From Bacteroidota bacterium (GTDB lineage: Bacteria > Bacteroidota > JABWAT01), in NCBI GenBank assembly GCA_020161835.1, contig JAIUNL010000015.1, forward strand, positions 707-64,706: a DNA stretch of 64,000 nucleotides. The letters are read 5' to 3'. The position numbers were made by a program, and so were the translations under genes. The notes below the pieces were generated by a model, which saw nothing but the letters and a program-made list of their open reading frames with translations, made no database searches and was not told the origin of the DNA. How positions within the stretch are numbered: position 1 is the stretch's first letter; each line of letters opens with the position of its first letter. Below, one piece after another: positions 19,126 to 28,299 of this stretch.

Positions 19126-19581
19126 ATGGCTAAGATTGAGAATGCAGACGTCAACGTCGAAATAAAAATAAAAGCAATTGAACTATTAAAGGGTTCCTTA
19201 CAGTTACCTGCAGTCCCCAATACTACGGTTACAACATTTAATTTTAACATTAGTATTGAAAGTAGGGCGGATGCGCCAAACAAACTTGTCTTTGTAATTG
19301 TCAATGTTGATATAAAAAATGATGACTACTCACTTGTCCTTGGGGCACTTTCGGTGAGCTGCATTTTTGAAATTGTCAATTTTGATGAAGTAATTAAAAG
19401 TGATGGGAACGGGAACCTTGTTTTACCTCTGCGGTTGATTGAAACACTCAACAGCATTTCGATTTCAACAACCAGAGGGGTTATGTTTTCTACTTTCAAA
19501 GGAACCTTTTTACATGGAGCAATCCTTCCAATAATTGACCCTAAACAATTTCAACCCGATACCCCAAAAGTCGGAAAATAG
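19126..19581 (+). CDS. Hypothetical protein.
   Basis: ATG at 19126, 2 bp after the HigA-like stop. The ORF track gives 19054 as the start, but the overlap makes that unlikely. No motif. Confidence 0.3.
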   Translation: MAKIENADVNVEIKIKAIELLKGSLQLPAVPNTTVTTFNFNISIESRADAPNKLVFVIVNVDIKNDDYSLVLGALSVSCIFEIVNFDEVIKSDGNGNLVLPLRLIETLNSISISTTRGVMFSTFKGTFLHGAILPIIDPKQFQPDTPKVGK

Positions 19582-19850
19582 TGATTTGCAGGCACTGAAA
19601 GCTAACACCCACAGCCCACCTGAACAAAACCAGCCACCTTACTAATTGGAATCAGCCCAAAGTAAGTGTCACTTATTATAGAATTTATCTTCAACTGATT
19701 TAAATTCCGCGAATCGTTTGGGGAGAATTATCATTTGCCCTACGAATTGTCCGTTTTCCATCCCACCGCTTTGCGACTTTTGCGCCTTTGCGGTCTCCCC
19801 AGTATTTTTTCCTTGACAATTCAAAACCAACTTCATACTTTTGATTCATT

Positions 19851-20765
19851 ATGATATCATTTCAATATCATTACGAAAGGACAAACAAAATGACACAGGA
19901 ATTCTCTGCAAAAACTCAAAGCGGATGGCTGGTATTACCCCTTCTCATTCTCCTCCTGATTGCAGATATCGCCGGTATTGCCTTCACCACTCAACTGGAT
20001 GAATCCTTGGTTCCCTGGTTTCTGATTCCGCTCCTTCTGGCCGGAATTATCATTCTGATTCTGTTTGGCGGATTTTTTACCCTTGAACCAAATGAATCAG
20101 CCGTCCTGATTTTCTTCGGAAAATATGAGGGAACTGAAAAAATATCAGGTTTCCGCTGGACGAATCCGTTCAACGTCAAAAAGAAATTATCGCTCAGAAC
20201 CCGCAACTTTGACAGCCAGAAACTGAAAGTGAATGATAAAAAGGGGAATCCGATCGAAATTTCCGTCGTGGTGGTCTGGAAAATCGGAAATACCGCCCAG
20301 GCTGTGTTTGATGTTGAAAATCAGCATGAATTTGTAACCGTTCAGGCCGAATCTGCAATCCGCCATGTGGCAACTTCTTATGCCTATGACAGTTCCGATT
20401 CTGAAGAATTCAGTTTAAGATCTTCCCTGTCAGAAGTTTCTGAAGAACTCGAAAAAGAAATTCAGGAACGGGTGAAAGATGCTGGTGTCATCATTTCAGA
20501 AGCCAGAATCAACCACCTGGCCTACGCACCCGAAATAGCCGGAGCTATGCTTCAGCGTCAGCAGGCAGAAGCAATTATTGCGGCAAGAACCAAAATTGTG
20601 GATGGCGCAGTTGGTATGGTTCAAATGGCTCTTATCAGACTCAAAGAAGAAGGCGTCGTCGATCTCGACGAAGAACGGAAGGCTGCAATGATAAGCAATC
20701 TGCTTGTCGTTCTCTGCGGAGATAAATCAACCACACCGATCATCAATGCGGGTACAATTTATTAA
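19851..20765 (+). CDS. SPFH/band-7 domain membrane protein.
   Basis: Two N-terminal TM segments followed by an SPFH core. The start is possibly the MTQEF at 19890. Confidence 0.6.
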   Translation: MISFQYHYERTNKMTQEFSAKTQSGWLVLPLLILLLIADIAGIAFTTQLDESLVPWFLIPLLLAGIIILILFGGFFTLEPNESAVLIFFGKYEGTEKISGFRWTNPFNVKKKLSLRTRNFDSQKLKVNDKKGNPIEISVVVVWKIGNTAQAVFDVENQHEFVTVQAESAIRHVATSYAYDSSDSEEFSLRSSLSEVSEELEKEIQERVKDAGVIISEARINHLAYAPEIAGAMLQRQQAEAIIAARTKIVDGAVGMVQMALIRLKEEGVVDLDEERKAAMISNLLVVLCGDKSTTPIINAGTIY

Positions 20766-20766
20766 G

Positions 20767-21114
20767 ATGGCAATAACCCGAAATCAAAAACTGTTGCTGC
20801 TTTCTGCATTCCCCTTTTTTCTGGCGGGAACAGACAGTGTTTTCCATGGAAACTGGATTGCCATTTCGCTGAATCTTGCAATGGGCGGACTTAATCTGTT
20901 AGGTCTGTTCTGGATTGAAAAACATCATTTTCCTGTCCAGATCGGATTAAGTATTGCAAATTCAGCGATGGCTTTTACAACTGCCTGGTTGTTTAAAGAA
21001 GCAGGAAAAGAGTATCTTCCGCTGATCTGGTTGTTTGTGGGACTTTTATTCCTGTTTACCGCCTGGAATTTCTGGCGTAAAGGGAATGCTGAAAAAAATA
21101 GCCGGAGTGTCTGA
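20767..21114 (+). CDS. Small integral membrane protein.
   Basis: ATG 2 bp after the SPFH stop. Three hydrophobic helices. Co-transcribed with SPFH, in the NfeD-like position. Confidence 0.4.
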   Translation: MAITRNQKLLLLSAFPFFLAGTDSVFHGNWIAISLNLAMGGLNLLGLFWIEKHHFPVQIGLSIANSAMAFTTAWLFKEAGKEYLPLIWLFVGLLFLFTAWNFWRKGNAEKNSRSV

Positions 21115-21332
21115 TGGCTTCACCGGCCGATAAAAAGAAGAATTTGCTGCTCCGTATTGACCCTTCCCTCTGGAATGATCTGAATGCCATGTCTGCTGAC
21201 GAACTCAGAAGTCTGAATGGCCAGATTGAATACATCCTGAGGGAATCGGTCAAAAAGTGGAAAAAGCAAAATCCAAATCAGGAAAAGCCACCTGACCCGA
21301 CAGATGACGACGACAAAATCTGGATGGGGTAA
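21114..21332 (+). CDS. Arc/MetJ-type ribbon-helix-helix DNA-binding protein.
   Basis: KKNLLLRIDPSLWNDLNAMSADELRSLNGQIEYILRESV is an RHH signature (beta strand, helix, SLN.QIEYLL). Confidence 0.5.
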   Translation: MASPADKKKNLLLRIDPSLWNDLNAMSADELRSLNGQIEYILRESVKKWKKQNPNQEKPPDPTDDDDKIWMG

Positions 21333-21394
21333 ATTGGTATAATTTTTAATTCAAAATTATAAATTTTAAATTGAAAATGTTTTCCCAAACTCCC

Positions 21395-21530
21395 CTCCTT
21401 TTTAAGGAGGGGGAATCCCGAACGCTTTCGGGATGGGGTGGTTTTCTTAAGTTTGGTTTTCAGAAAACAGCCAAACCACCCCGGCTTCGCCACCCCTCCT
21501 TTAAAAAAGGAGGGGAATCATTACTCATAT
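21395..21530. repeat. REP-like palindromic element pair (family 'CCCCTCCTT-N-AAGGAGGGG ... GGGGTGGTTT').
   Basis: Hairpins CCCCTCCTTTTTAAGGAGGGGG and ATCCCGAACGCTTTCGGGAT, followed by GGGGTGGTTT. An inverted partial copy (AACCACCCCGGCTTCGCCACCCCTCCTTTAAAAAAGGAGGGGAAT) lies at 21477-21525. Related copies lie at 28305-28330, 28568-28612, 28858-28900 and 36305-36365. Confidence 0.6.
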
Positions 21531-21565
21531 ACTCATATTTTACAATAACTTATACGCCTATCTCT

Positions 21566-22579
21566 ATGAAAACTATTCTCGTTACAGGCGGAGCCGGATA
21601 CATCGGCAGCCACACGTCCCTCGCCCTGCTCAATGCCGGTTATCACGTTATTGTGGTTGACAACCTCCTCAACAGCAAAACTGAATCCCTGAAAAGAGTT
21701 GAACGGTTAACTGGCAAAAAAATAACCTTCCACCAAACTGATCTGTTAGATCAATCAGGTCTGGAAGCCATTTTTGCACAAGAAAAAATTGATGCGGTTA
21801 TTCACTTTGCCGGATTAAAATCAGTGGGTGAATCGGTCAGACTTCCCCTTTACTACCATCATAACAACATTACCGGAACTCTACTATTATTGGAAGTGAT
21901 GAAAAAGGCGGGTGTAAAAAACCTGGTTTTCAGTTCATCTGCAACCGTTTATGGTGACCCGGCCTCTGTTCCCATCCTTGAAACGTTTCCCCTCTCCGCA
22001 ACAAATCCATACGGGCGGACGAAATTGTTCATCGAGGAAATCCTTCGTGATTTGTTCGTTTCCGATAAATCATGGAATCTGACTTTGCTCAGGTATTTTA
22101 ATCCTGTTGGCGCACATGAATCCGGACAGATCGGTGAAGATCCGAACGGAATCCCGAATAATTTACTCCCGTATATTTCTCAGGTTGCGGTTGGTAAACT
22201 GAAAGAATTATCCGTTTTCGGGAATGATTACCCAACACCCGACGGAACGGGTGTGAGAGATTACATTCACGTGGTTGATCTTGCAGACGGACATGTGAAA
22301 GCAGTAAAAAAACTGGAAGGAAATCCGGGCTTGCAGGTTTACAATCTGGGAACAGGAATCGGTTACTCGGTTCTGGATATGATCAAGGCCTTTGAAAAAG
22401 CCTCCGGGAGAAAAATTCCTTACCGCATTTCAGAACGTCGTCCCGGAGATATTGCAGCTTGTTATGCTGATTCATCAAAGGCAAATCTGGAACTTGGCTG
22501 GAAGGCCGAACGTAATCTTGATGCAATGTGTTCGGATGCATGGCGGTGGCAGTCTCAAAATCCGAACGGGTATGTTTAA
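21566..22579 (+). CDS. galE: UDP-glucose 4-epimerase.
   Basis: [10 protein letters not shown] Rossmann motif, YxxxK motif, 338 aa. The upstream 65 codons of the tracked ORF are REP-element sequence, not coding. Confidence 0.85.
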   Translation: MKTILVTGGAGYIGSHTSLALLNAGYHVIVVDNLLNSKTESLKRVERLTGKKITFHQTDLLDQSGLEAIFAQEKIDAVIHFAGLKSVGESVRLPLYYHHNNITGTLLLLEVMKKAGVKNLVFSSSATVYGDPASVPILETFPLSATNPYGRTKLFIEEILRDLFVSDKSWNLTLLRYFNPVGAHESGQIGEDPNGIPNNLLPYISQVAVGKLKELSVFGNDYPTPDGTGVRDYIHVVDLADGHVKAVKKLEGNPGLQVYNLGTGIGYSVLDMIKAFEKASGRKIPYRISERRPGDIAACYADSSKANLELGWKAERNLDAMCSDAWRWQSQNPNGYV

Positions 22580-22689
22580 AATTTAACTTCTTTTAGTTTT
22601 AGCAGAAAACTCGTCGTGTCATTCTGAGTGGCACCGCAAAGCGGGGCTGTATCGAAGAACGACACGACCCCTGCTCCGCTTCCAAATCC

Positions 22690-24135
22690 CTACAAACTTA
22701 CAAGCATATCTTTCAGTGTGCTGCTATCGACAATTCCCGAATGACCAAGAATCTGAGATACCAATTCTTTTCTGATGGTTGCTCTGATTTTATTCCAGGT
22801 CTCTGCATTTCTTGAAGTCATAGGTTGAAAAATATATCCGGCAGTCAGAACCAATTCATTTCTGTCGGGAGAATAAACTGAAGCCCTAATTGCTACCTTC
22901 CCGGTTAATGCTTTTTGAAGATCCTGACGGGTTTTCCATGTTTTTGCTATGAACAAATTTCCAAGATAATCGGTACGGCTGAATTCGATTTTAGTCAGGG
23001 AATTCAGTGTTTCCGGATGACCAAAAGAAATTACCATTTCTTCAATATGCTTAACCAGATTCCGTTTTTCTTCACCTGATAAAAACCCTGATGTCCTGAT
23101 CACATCTTTTAACCGGATTTTTTCTTCCGTTACAATTCCGGTAGCTGTTTTTAAATCACTGTGAGAAATCAATTTTGGCATATAGAACCGACTGAATTCA
23201 TCACCCAATACCAAATCTGCTGTTTTTAGAATTTGTATAAATCTGGGTTGATTGTCATTTTCAGGGAAATACTGACCATAAACTGCCCTGAACGGATAGC
23301 TTAGGTTCGGTGAGGTTGATTCCAGAATTCTCCAGTTCAGATAAATTTTCATTTGTTCGAGGGTGTAAACTTCACTCAATTTTGCAAAAGCATATTGAAT
23401 CTGATGTGCGTGCCGGATGCCTAACCGGCTGCTCTTGCCATCAAGGACTGCCAGATAATCCTTCCAGCCGAATTCCTTTTCGGTTTCAAGTTCTGAATCA
23501 AATAAAATCGCTTCGTTCATCCAGAAATCGTCAATCGACTGAATGACCATTACGGACTTCTCAATAGTATTAAACTCCTCATCCGTCAGCTCAAGTAATC
23601 CTGAAATCAGTTCGGTTTGTTTGGCAGAAGAAAGGCTTGTTGCATAATCGGGAAGGGTTGCTACAGGAGAAATGTATCCGTCACTTACTTTCATATCAAA
23701 AAAGGGTCTGATTCCGATTTTATGAAGAAGACCCAGAATTCTGGGTAGTTGCTGCCATGAATTGAGGAGATTAACCTGATCCATGTAAGGAAGAACAGGA
23801 TTTATGCCGGCACTTTCAATTGCTTCGTTGTTCATTCCGGCTGAATAGAAATCTCCTAAGAAATGTGTCAGTTCTGTTTGATGGATGGAATTGACAGACG
23901 CATTATAAGTCAGCCATGCTTCCAGTTCTTCCTGATTTTCAAGTGTCGAATACCAGGGATCAAGTTCAGTGACGGCTTCGGTAACCGTTATTTCAGCAAA
24001 AGGTCCGTCAAGCGGACCTTTTGCAAGTGAAGTTGCTGATGGATTTGTTCCGGATGGGATTCCGGCCAGTGTGGTGAATCCGGTTAAGGTTACCAACAAT
24101 CCTGACAGCGTGAATATTTTTATAACCATTTTCAT
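22690..24135 (-). CDS. Secreted protein with a peptidase-M13 N-terminal-like domain only. No HExxH catalytic domain.
   Basis: Signal peptide. FLGDFYSAGMNNEAIESAGINPVLPYM...LHKIGIRPFFDMKVSDG resembles the M13 N-domain (FY.sCMdeeaIe..g..PL...F...V..D). 481 aa with no zinc-binding motif. Confidence 0.4.
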   Translation of the reverse strand: MKMVIKIFTLSGLLVTLTGFTTLAGIPSGTNPSATSLAKGPLDGPFAEITVTEAVTELDPWYSTLENQEELEAWLTYNASVNSIHQTELTHFLGDFYSAGMNNEAIESAGINPVLPYMDQVNLLNSWQQLPRILGLLHKIGIRPFFDMKVSDGYISPVATLPDYATSLSSAKQTELISGLLELTDEEFNTIEKSVMVIQSIDDFWMNEAILFDSELETEKEFGWKDYLAVLDGKSSRLGIRHAHQIQYAFAKLSEVYTLEQMKIYLNWRILESTSPNLSYPFRAVYGQYFPENDNQPRFIQILKTADLVLGDEFSRFYMPKLISHSDLKTATGIVTEEKIRLKDVIRTSGFLSGEEKRNLVKHIEEMVISFGHPETLNSLTKIEFSRTDYLGNLFIAKTWKTRQDLQKALTGKVAIRASVYSPDRNELVLTAGYIFQPMTSRNAETWNKIRATIRKELVSQILGHSGIVDSSTLKDMLVSL

Positions 24136-24556
24136 TTTAAACTCCTTCGACCTGAATCCTTCGTTGTGACCGTTTGGGTCTGGCCTGACCCGTTTTTGTG
24201 CACGGATGAGTTATTCGGCTGGAGTTTGGTAATGATTCAGGAAAAAACACTGTATTACCAGGATTTAATTTATGTAAAGCCGAAAGATTTTCGGTAATGC
24301 TATGTTTTTACTGACTTTAATTCGTGACGGCACTATGATTAGAATTTACGTTCTTAACAAGAAACAGGCATAACCACAAAGTTCACAAAGGAATAAATAA
24401 CCATTTTTCGAATTGTTTTTTCATCCATAACTATGAATTTTCTTTGTGTACTTTGCCTTTTTCTTTGTGGACTTTGTGTTTAATCCCCCCGTTTTTCCTT
24501 CCCGAATGTGCTTTTCCCGATTGATTTTCCGATTTTTGTAAAAAGCCGGAAAAACC

Positions 24557-25702
24557 ATGTCCTTTCTCTACCAAAACCTGATCAAACCCATCCTTTTCAA
24601 ATACGATCCTGAACTTGTTCACGATGTTCTTGTGCAGTATGCCAATCAGCTTCAAAAATACCCTGAGCTCATGTCCCTCATACACGACTATCTGGTCGAT
24701 GAAACCAAATGGAAACCGGTTACCTTATGGAATATCACCTTTCCCAACCGGGTCGGACTTGCAGCCGGATTTGATAAGAATGTTCAGGCGCCGTGGTTTT
24801 GGTGGATGCTGGGATTTGGTCACATTGAGTTTGGTGGGGTAACTGAGTTTGGCCAGCCGGGAAATCCGTTGCCAAGAATATTCCGTCTTCCTTCTGATAA
24901 AGCCATCATCAACCGGATGGGATTTAACAATGACGGGATGAATGTAATCGCTGACAGATTGGATAAATTAAAAAACTTTCCCATTCCGGTCGGAGTTAAT
25001 CTCGGGAAAAACAAATGGGTGCCCAATGAACAGGCACCTGATGCTTTTCTGGCAGTTTTCAAAAAGCTTTACAATCACGCCGACTTTTTTGTTGTCAACG
25101 TCTCGTCACCCAATACACCCAACCTTAGAAAACTTCAGGATGCCGACTCCCTTCAGCAGATTTTTCATAGTTTGCATTCGTTTCGTGCCCAACAATCAAT
25201 TTCAAAACCGGTTCTGCTGAAACTAGCTCCCGATTTGTCAGACTTTCAAAGGGAAGAAATTGCGGGACTGGTGAATACTCTGCAAATAGACGGACTTGTT
25301 ATTTCAAATACGACTCTTGACCGTTCGGGGTTACAAAGTCCGTTTAAACTTTCTTCTCAAACCGGCGGACTTTCTGGCCTTCCGGTAAAAAACAGATCCA
25401 CCGACATGATCAGGCAATTCAAAACCTGGCTGCCCGATTTACCCATTATCGGATCTGGTGGGATTTTTTCAGCAGAAGATGCAAGGGAAAAGTTAGATGC
25501 CGGGGCAGATCTGGTTCAGCTTTATACCGGATTTATTTTCGAAGGACCTGAATTGGTCAGAGAAGTAGCAAAAGTAAGTCCAACTGAACCTTCGAATAAC
25601 CAAAGAAGAATGTGCGGTACCATGCTTGCCTGGAAAATAGAAGCGGAAAAGGAAAAGAAAAGGTTAGAAAAGCAGATAGAAGAAGTTAATTCGAAGGATT
25701 AA
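24557..25702 (+). CDS. pyrD: Dihydroorotate dehydrogenase (quinone), class 2.
   Basis: GLAAGFDKN, GFNNDG, SSPNTPNLR and IGSGGI motifs. Confidence 0.85.
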   Translation: MSFLYQNLIKPILFKYDPELVHDVLVQYANQLQKYPELMSLIHDYLVDETKWKPVTLWNITFPNRVGLAAGFDKNVQAPWFWWMLGFGHIEFGGVTEFGQPGNPLPRIFRLPSDKAIINRMGFNNDGMNVIADRLDKLKNFPIPVGVNLGKNKWVPNEQAPDAFLAVFKKLYNHADFFVVNVSSPNTPNLRKLQDADSLQQIFHSLHSFRAQQSISKPVLLKLAPDLSDFQREEIAGLVNTLQIDGLVISNTTLDRSGLQSPFKLSSQTGGLSGLPVKNRSTDMIRQFKTWLPDLPIIGSGGIFSAEDAREKLDAGADLVQLYTGFIFEGPELVREVAKVSPTEPSNNQRRMCGTMLAWKIEAEKEKKRLEKQIEEVNSKD

Positions 25703-25794
25703 ATGCTTCGAAATGGGTGGCGTCAATTTTATTGGTGTTTCAGAAAGGACGTAGCCCTGACCTGTTTGTAGATTAAAAGTCAATGAAAATAAAA

Positions 25795-25853
25795 AAAGCT
25801 CCGTAGGAGCGATCTGTTAGAAATTGAATAATGGGTCGCTCCTACGGAGCTTT
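25795..25853. repeat. 18-bp-stem perfect hairpin (AAAGCTCCGTAGGAGCGA / TCGCTCCTACGGAGCTTT). Part of a MITE-like composite repeat.
   Basis: Degenerate homologs of this hairpin and of the adjacent TTCTACAAACGGGTCGCACCTCTGGTGC segment recur in the 28300-28900 tandem repeat. Confidence 0.5.
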
Positions 25854-25945
25854 CCTAATTTGTGGGGTTTGCTTCTACAAACGGGTCGCACCTCTGGTGC
25901 TTCAAAATGAAATTGGCAATTTTTATAAAACTGGGTTTACTAGTG

Positions 25946-26015
25946 CGTAATTCGCAATTCGCAATTCGCAATTCGCAATTCGCAATTCGCAATTCGCAAT
26001 TCGTAATTCGTAATT
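25946..26015. repeat. Heptanucleotide tandem repeat (AATTCGC) of about 10 units, the last units being AATTCGT.
   Basis: Directly visible: taattcgcaattcgcaattcgc...attcgtaattcgtaatttcc, between the convergent genes pyrD and mlaE. Confidence 0.85.
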
Positions 26016-26018
26016 TCC

Positions 26019-26798
26019 TCAATCAAAAAACAAACTCCAAAGAACATAATCTGCAACCAGAATCGAAGCCGACGACAGCACAAAAGCCTTAATAGTTGAC
26101 TTCCCGACGCCTTCTGCACCACCTTCAGTCTGAAACCCAATGTGGCAGCCAAGTAAAGCGGTAAGTCCACCAAAAACAACAGACTTTGAAATTCCGTAAA
26201 TCAGATCATTCAGGATGAAGTATTTCTGAACCGAATAAAAAAAAGTGGGTGCAGAAACGCCCAAAAAAGAATTGGCTACAACAAAAGAGCCGAAAAGTGC
26301 AACCGCATTTGCAAAAATGACGAGAACCGGAAGCATGGTAATAGCTGCCAGAAAACGGGGCATTGCAAGAAAACGGGTGGGTGGAATTGACATCACCTGA
26401 AGCGCATCGAGCTGTTCGGTTACCTTCATAGTTCCGATTTCTGCAGCAATTGAAGCGCCCACCCGACCGGCAATAATAATTCCGGTCAAAACCGGACCCA
26501 ATTCCAGAAAAATTGCCCGGCTAACCGCCGAACCAACAAAAGAGTTAGGCATCATACCTTTAAACTGATAAGCCGCCTGAAGAGCAGCAACCGCTCCGGT
26601 AAAAACGCCAATGACCAGTACAAGCGGAAGTGACCCCACCCCGATCAGGTGCATTTGCTGAAGCACTAAAGCACGGTCACGCCATAACCGGTTTAGCGAG
26701 AGCAGAATATCCCTCAATAAAGTGGCAACAGCCCCAAAATCCCTGAAGAATATTTGGGTTTTCCGACCGATCAGATTGAATAAAAACTTGGTTAACAT
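26019..26798 (-). CDS. mlaE: MlaE/YrbE-family ABC transporter permease.
   Basis: 259-aa polytopic membrane protein with the conserved MlaE C-terminal region (GGAEGVG). Confidence 0.7.
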   Translation of the reverse strand: MLTKFLFNLIGRKTQIFFRDFGAVATLLRDILLSLNRLWRDRALVLQQMHLIGVGSLPLVLVIGVFTGAVAALQAAYQFKGMMPNSFVGSAVSRAIFLELGPVLTGIIIAGRVGASIAAEIGTMKVTEQLDALQVMSIPPTRFLAMPRFLAAITMLPVLVIFANAVALFGSFVVANSFLGVSAPTFFYSVQKYFILNDLIYGISKSVVFGGLTALLGCHIGFQTEGGAEGVGKSTIKAFVLSSASILVADYVLWSLFFD

Positions 26799-26900
26799 AT
26801 TACAATTTAAACATTTAAAGTCATTTTTTCCCTATCCGCAAACCACAAAGTTGAGTTTTCAACCTGATTTCATGAAATTGTTGTAAAATCTGGAGTCCCC

Positions 26901-27680
26901 TTGTCTCAAATCCCAATGACTATTCTGGAAAAAATCGTTCAGACCAAGATGCAGGAAATCACCCACATCAAGGCTCAGGCTCAGCCACACGTTCATCAGA
27001 CCAAACCAACGCTTTCTTTTCGTAAGGCCATTCACCAGTCTGAAATCCAGATTATTGCAGAAATTAAAAAGGCTTCTCCAAGTCGGGGAATCCTGATTGA
27101 GAATTTTAATCCGACTGAACTTGCTAAACAATATGCTGAGGGCGGGGCTGCTGCTTTTTCGGTTTTAACTGATGAACATTATTTTCAGGGAAGTTTAACT
27201 GACCTTTCAACAGTTTGTGAACTTGAATTAAAACCTGCAATCCGGAAAGATTTCATCATTGATCCGGTTCAGATTGAGCAGGCTTTTTCGGCAGGAGCAA
27301 GTGCAGTTTTGTTGATTGTTGCGATTTTATCAGATCGCCAATTGAAAGAATTATACAAGGTTGCCCATAATCTCAAACTTGATGTGCTGGTTGAAGTGCA
27401 CACTTTACCCGAACTCAGACGATCTTTTATCCTCGAAAACCCCATCATCGGCATTAACAACCGGAATCTGCATAATTTTCATGTGGATCTGAATGTGGCC
27501 CTGTCATTGGTAAAACATTTACCGGCTGATTACACCAAAGTGACTGAATCAGGAATTTTCACACGCGAAGATATGCTGAAGATGCAGGACGCCGGGTTTC
27601 AGGCAGCACTGATCGGAGAAAGTCTCGTCAAATCCGGCGATCCGGTAAAAAAACTGAAAGAACTTCTTGGTAAAAGTTAA
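26901..27680 (+). CDS. trpC: Indole-3-glycerol phosphate synthase.
   Basis: IIAEIKKASPS...G motif and IGINNRNL motif. Confidence 0.85.
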   Translation: MSQIPMTILEKIVQTKMQEITHIKAQAQPHVHQTKPTLSFRKAIHQSEIQIIAEIKKASPSRGILIENFNPTELAKQYAEGGAAAFSVLTDEHYFQGSLTDLSTVCELELKPAIRKDFIIDPVQIEQAFSAGASAVLLIVAILSDRQLKELYKVAHNLKLDVLVEVHTLPELRRSFILENPIIGINNRNLHNFHVDLNVALSLVKHLPADYTKVTESGIFTREDMLKMQDAGFQAALIGESLVKSGDPVKKLKELLGKS

Positions 27681-28278
27681 AATCTGCGGATTAACCCGTT
27701 TAGAGGATGCCAATCTTGCAGTTGAACTTGGGGCCTCTGCTCTTGGGTTTATTTTTGCACCTGTAAGTAAACGTTTCAATCCGCCCGAAAACCGGGACTG
27801 GATCAGAAACTTGAAAGTTTCCGTCCCAAAAGTTGGCGTGTTTATGGATCAGCCGGTTTCAGAAATCAACGAAATTGCTGAATTCTGTAAACTCGACCGG
27901 ATTCAGTATCACGGTTTTTTAACGAATTCAGAACAAACTGGTTTATCTGTTCCCTTCTGGCAAGTGATTTCTTCCGAAGATCTCGCATCGAGCACAATTC
28001 CTATCCATCCCAACATTGAATTTTACCTGATTGACAGTTCAATCAAAGGAAAAACTGGCGGAACCGGAATTCCCTTCGACTGGAAAGTTCTGCAAAATTT
28101 AAATCTCCCGAAACCTATCATTGTCGCCGGCGGATTGTCACCGGATAATGTTTCAGATTTGCTTTCAGTTTATCCTGCAGATTTCATTGATCTCTCAAGC
28201 GGGGTTGAACAAAGTCCGGGAATCAAGGATGCAGGGAAAATGAGAAGATTGTTTGAGGTTTTAAGGGGTGATTGGTAA
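27667..28278 (+). CDS. trpF: Phosphoribosylanthranilate isomerase.
   Basis: VKICGLT...D motif. 203 aa. Overlaps the trpC stop. Confidence 0.8.
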   Translation: MVKVKICGLTRLEDANLAVELGASALGFIFAPVSKRFNPPENRDWIRNLKVSVPKVGVFMDQPVSEINEIAEFCKLDRIQYHGFLTNSEQTGLSVPFWQVISSEDLASSTIPIHPNIEFYLIDSSIKGKTGGTGIPFDWKVLQNLNLPKPIIVAGGLSPDNVSDLLSVYPADFIDLSSGVEQSPGIKDAGKMRRLFEVLRGDW

Positions 28279-28299
28279 CCAGTTACAAATTACAGGTAA

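Noticed and set aside
21371-21565. N-terminal 65-codon extension of the galE ORF.
   Set aside because: The extension is made of REP-like palindromic elements. The conserved galE start ([16 protein letters not shown]) is at 21566.
25862-26179. ORFs 25862..26092 (+) and 25940..26179 (-) spanning the heptamer microsatellite (NSQFAIRNSQFAIRNSQF...).
   Set aside because: The translation is a direct read-out of the AATTCGC repeat. The region is intergenic between convergent genes.
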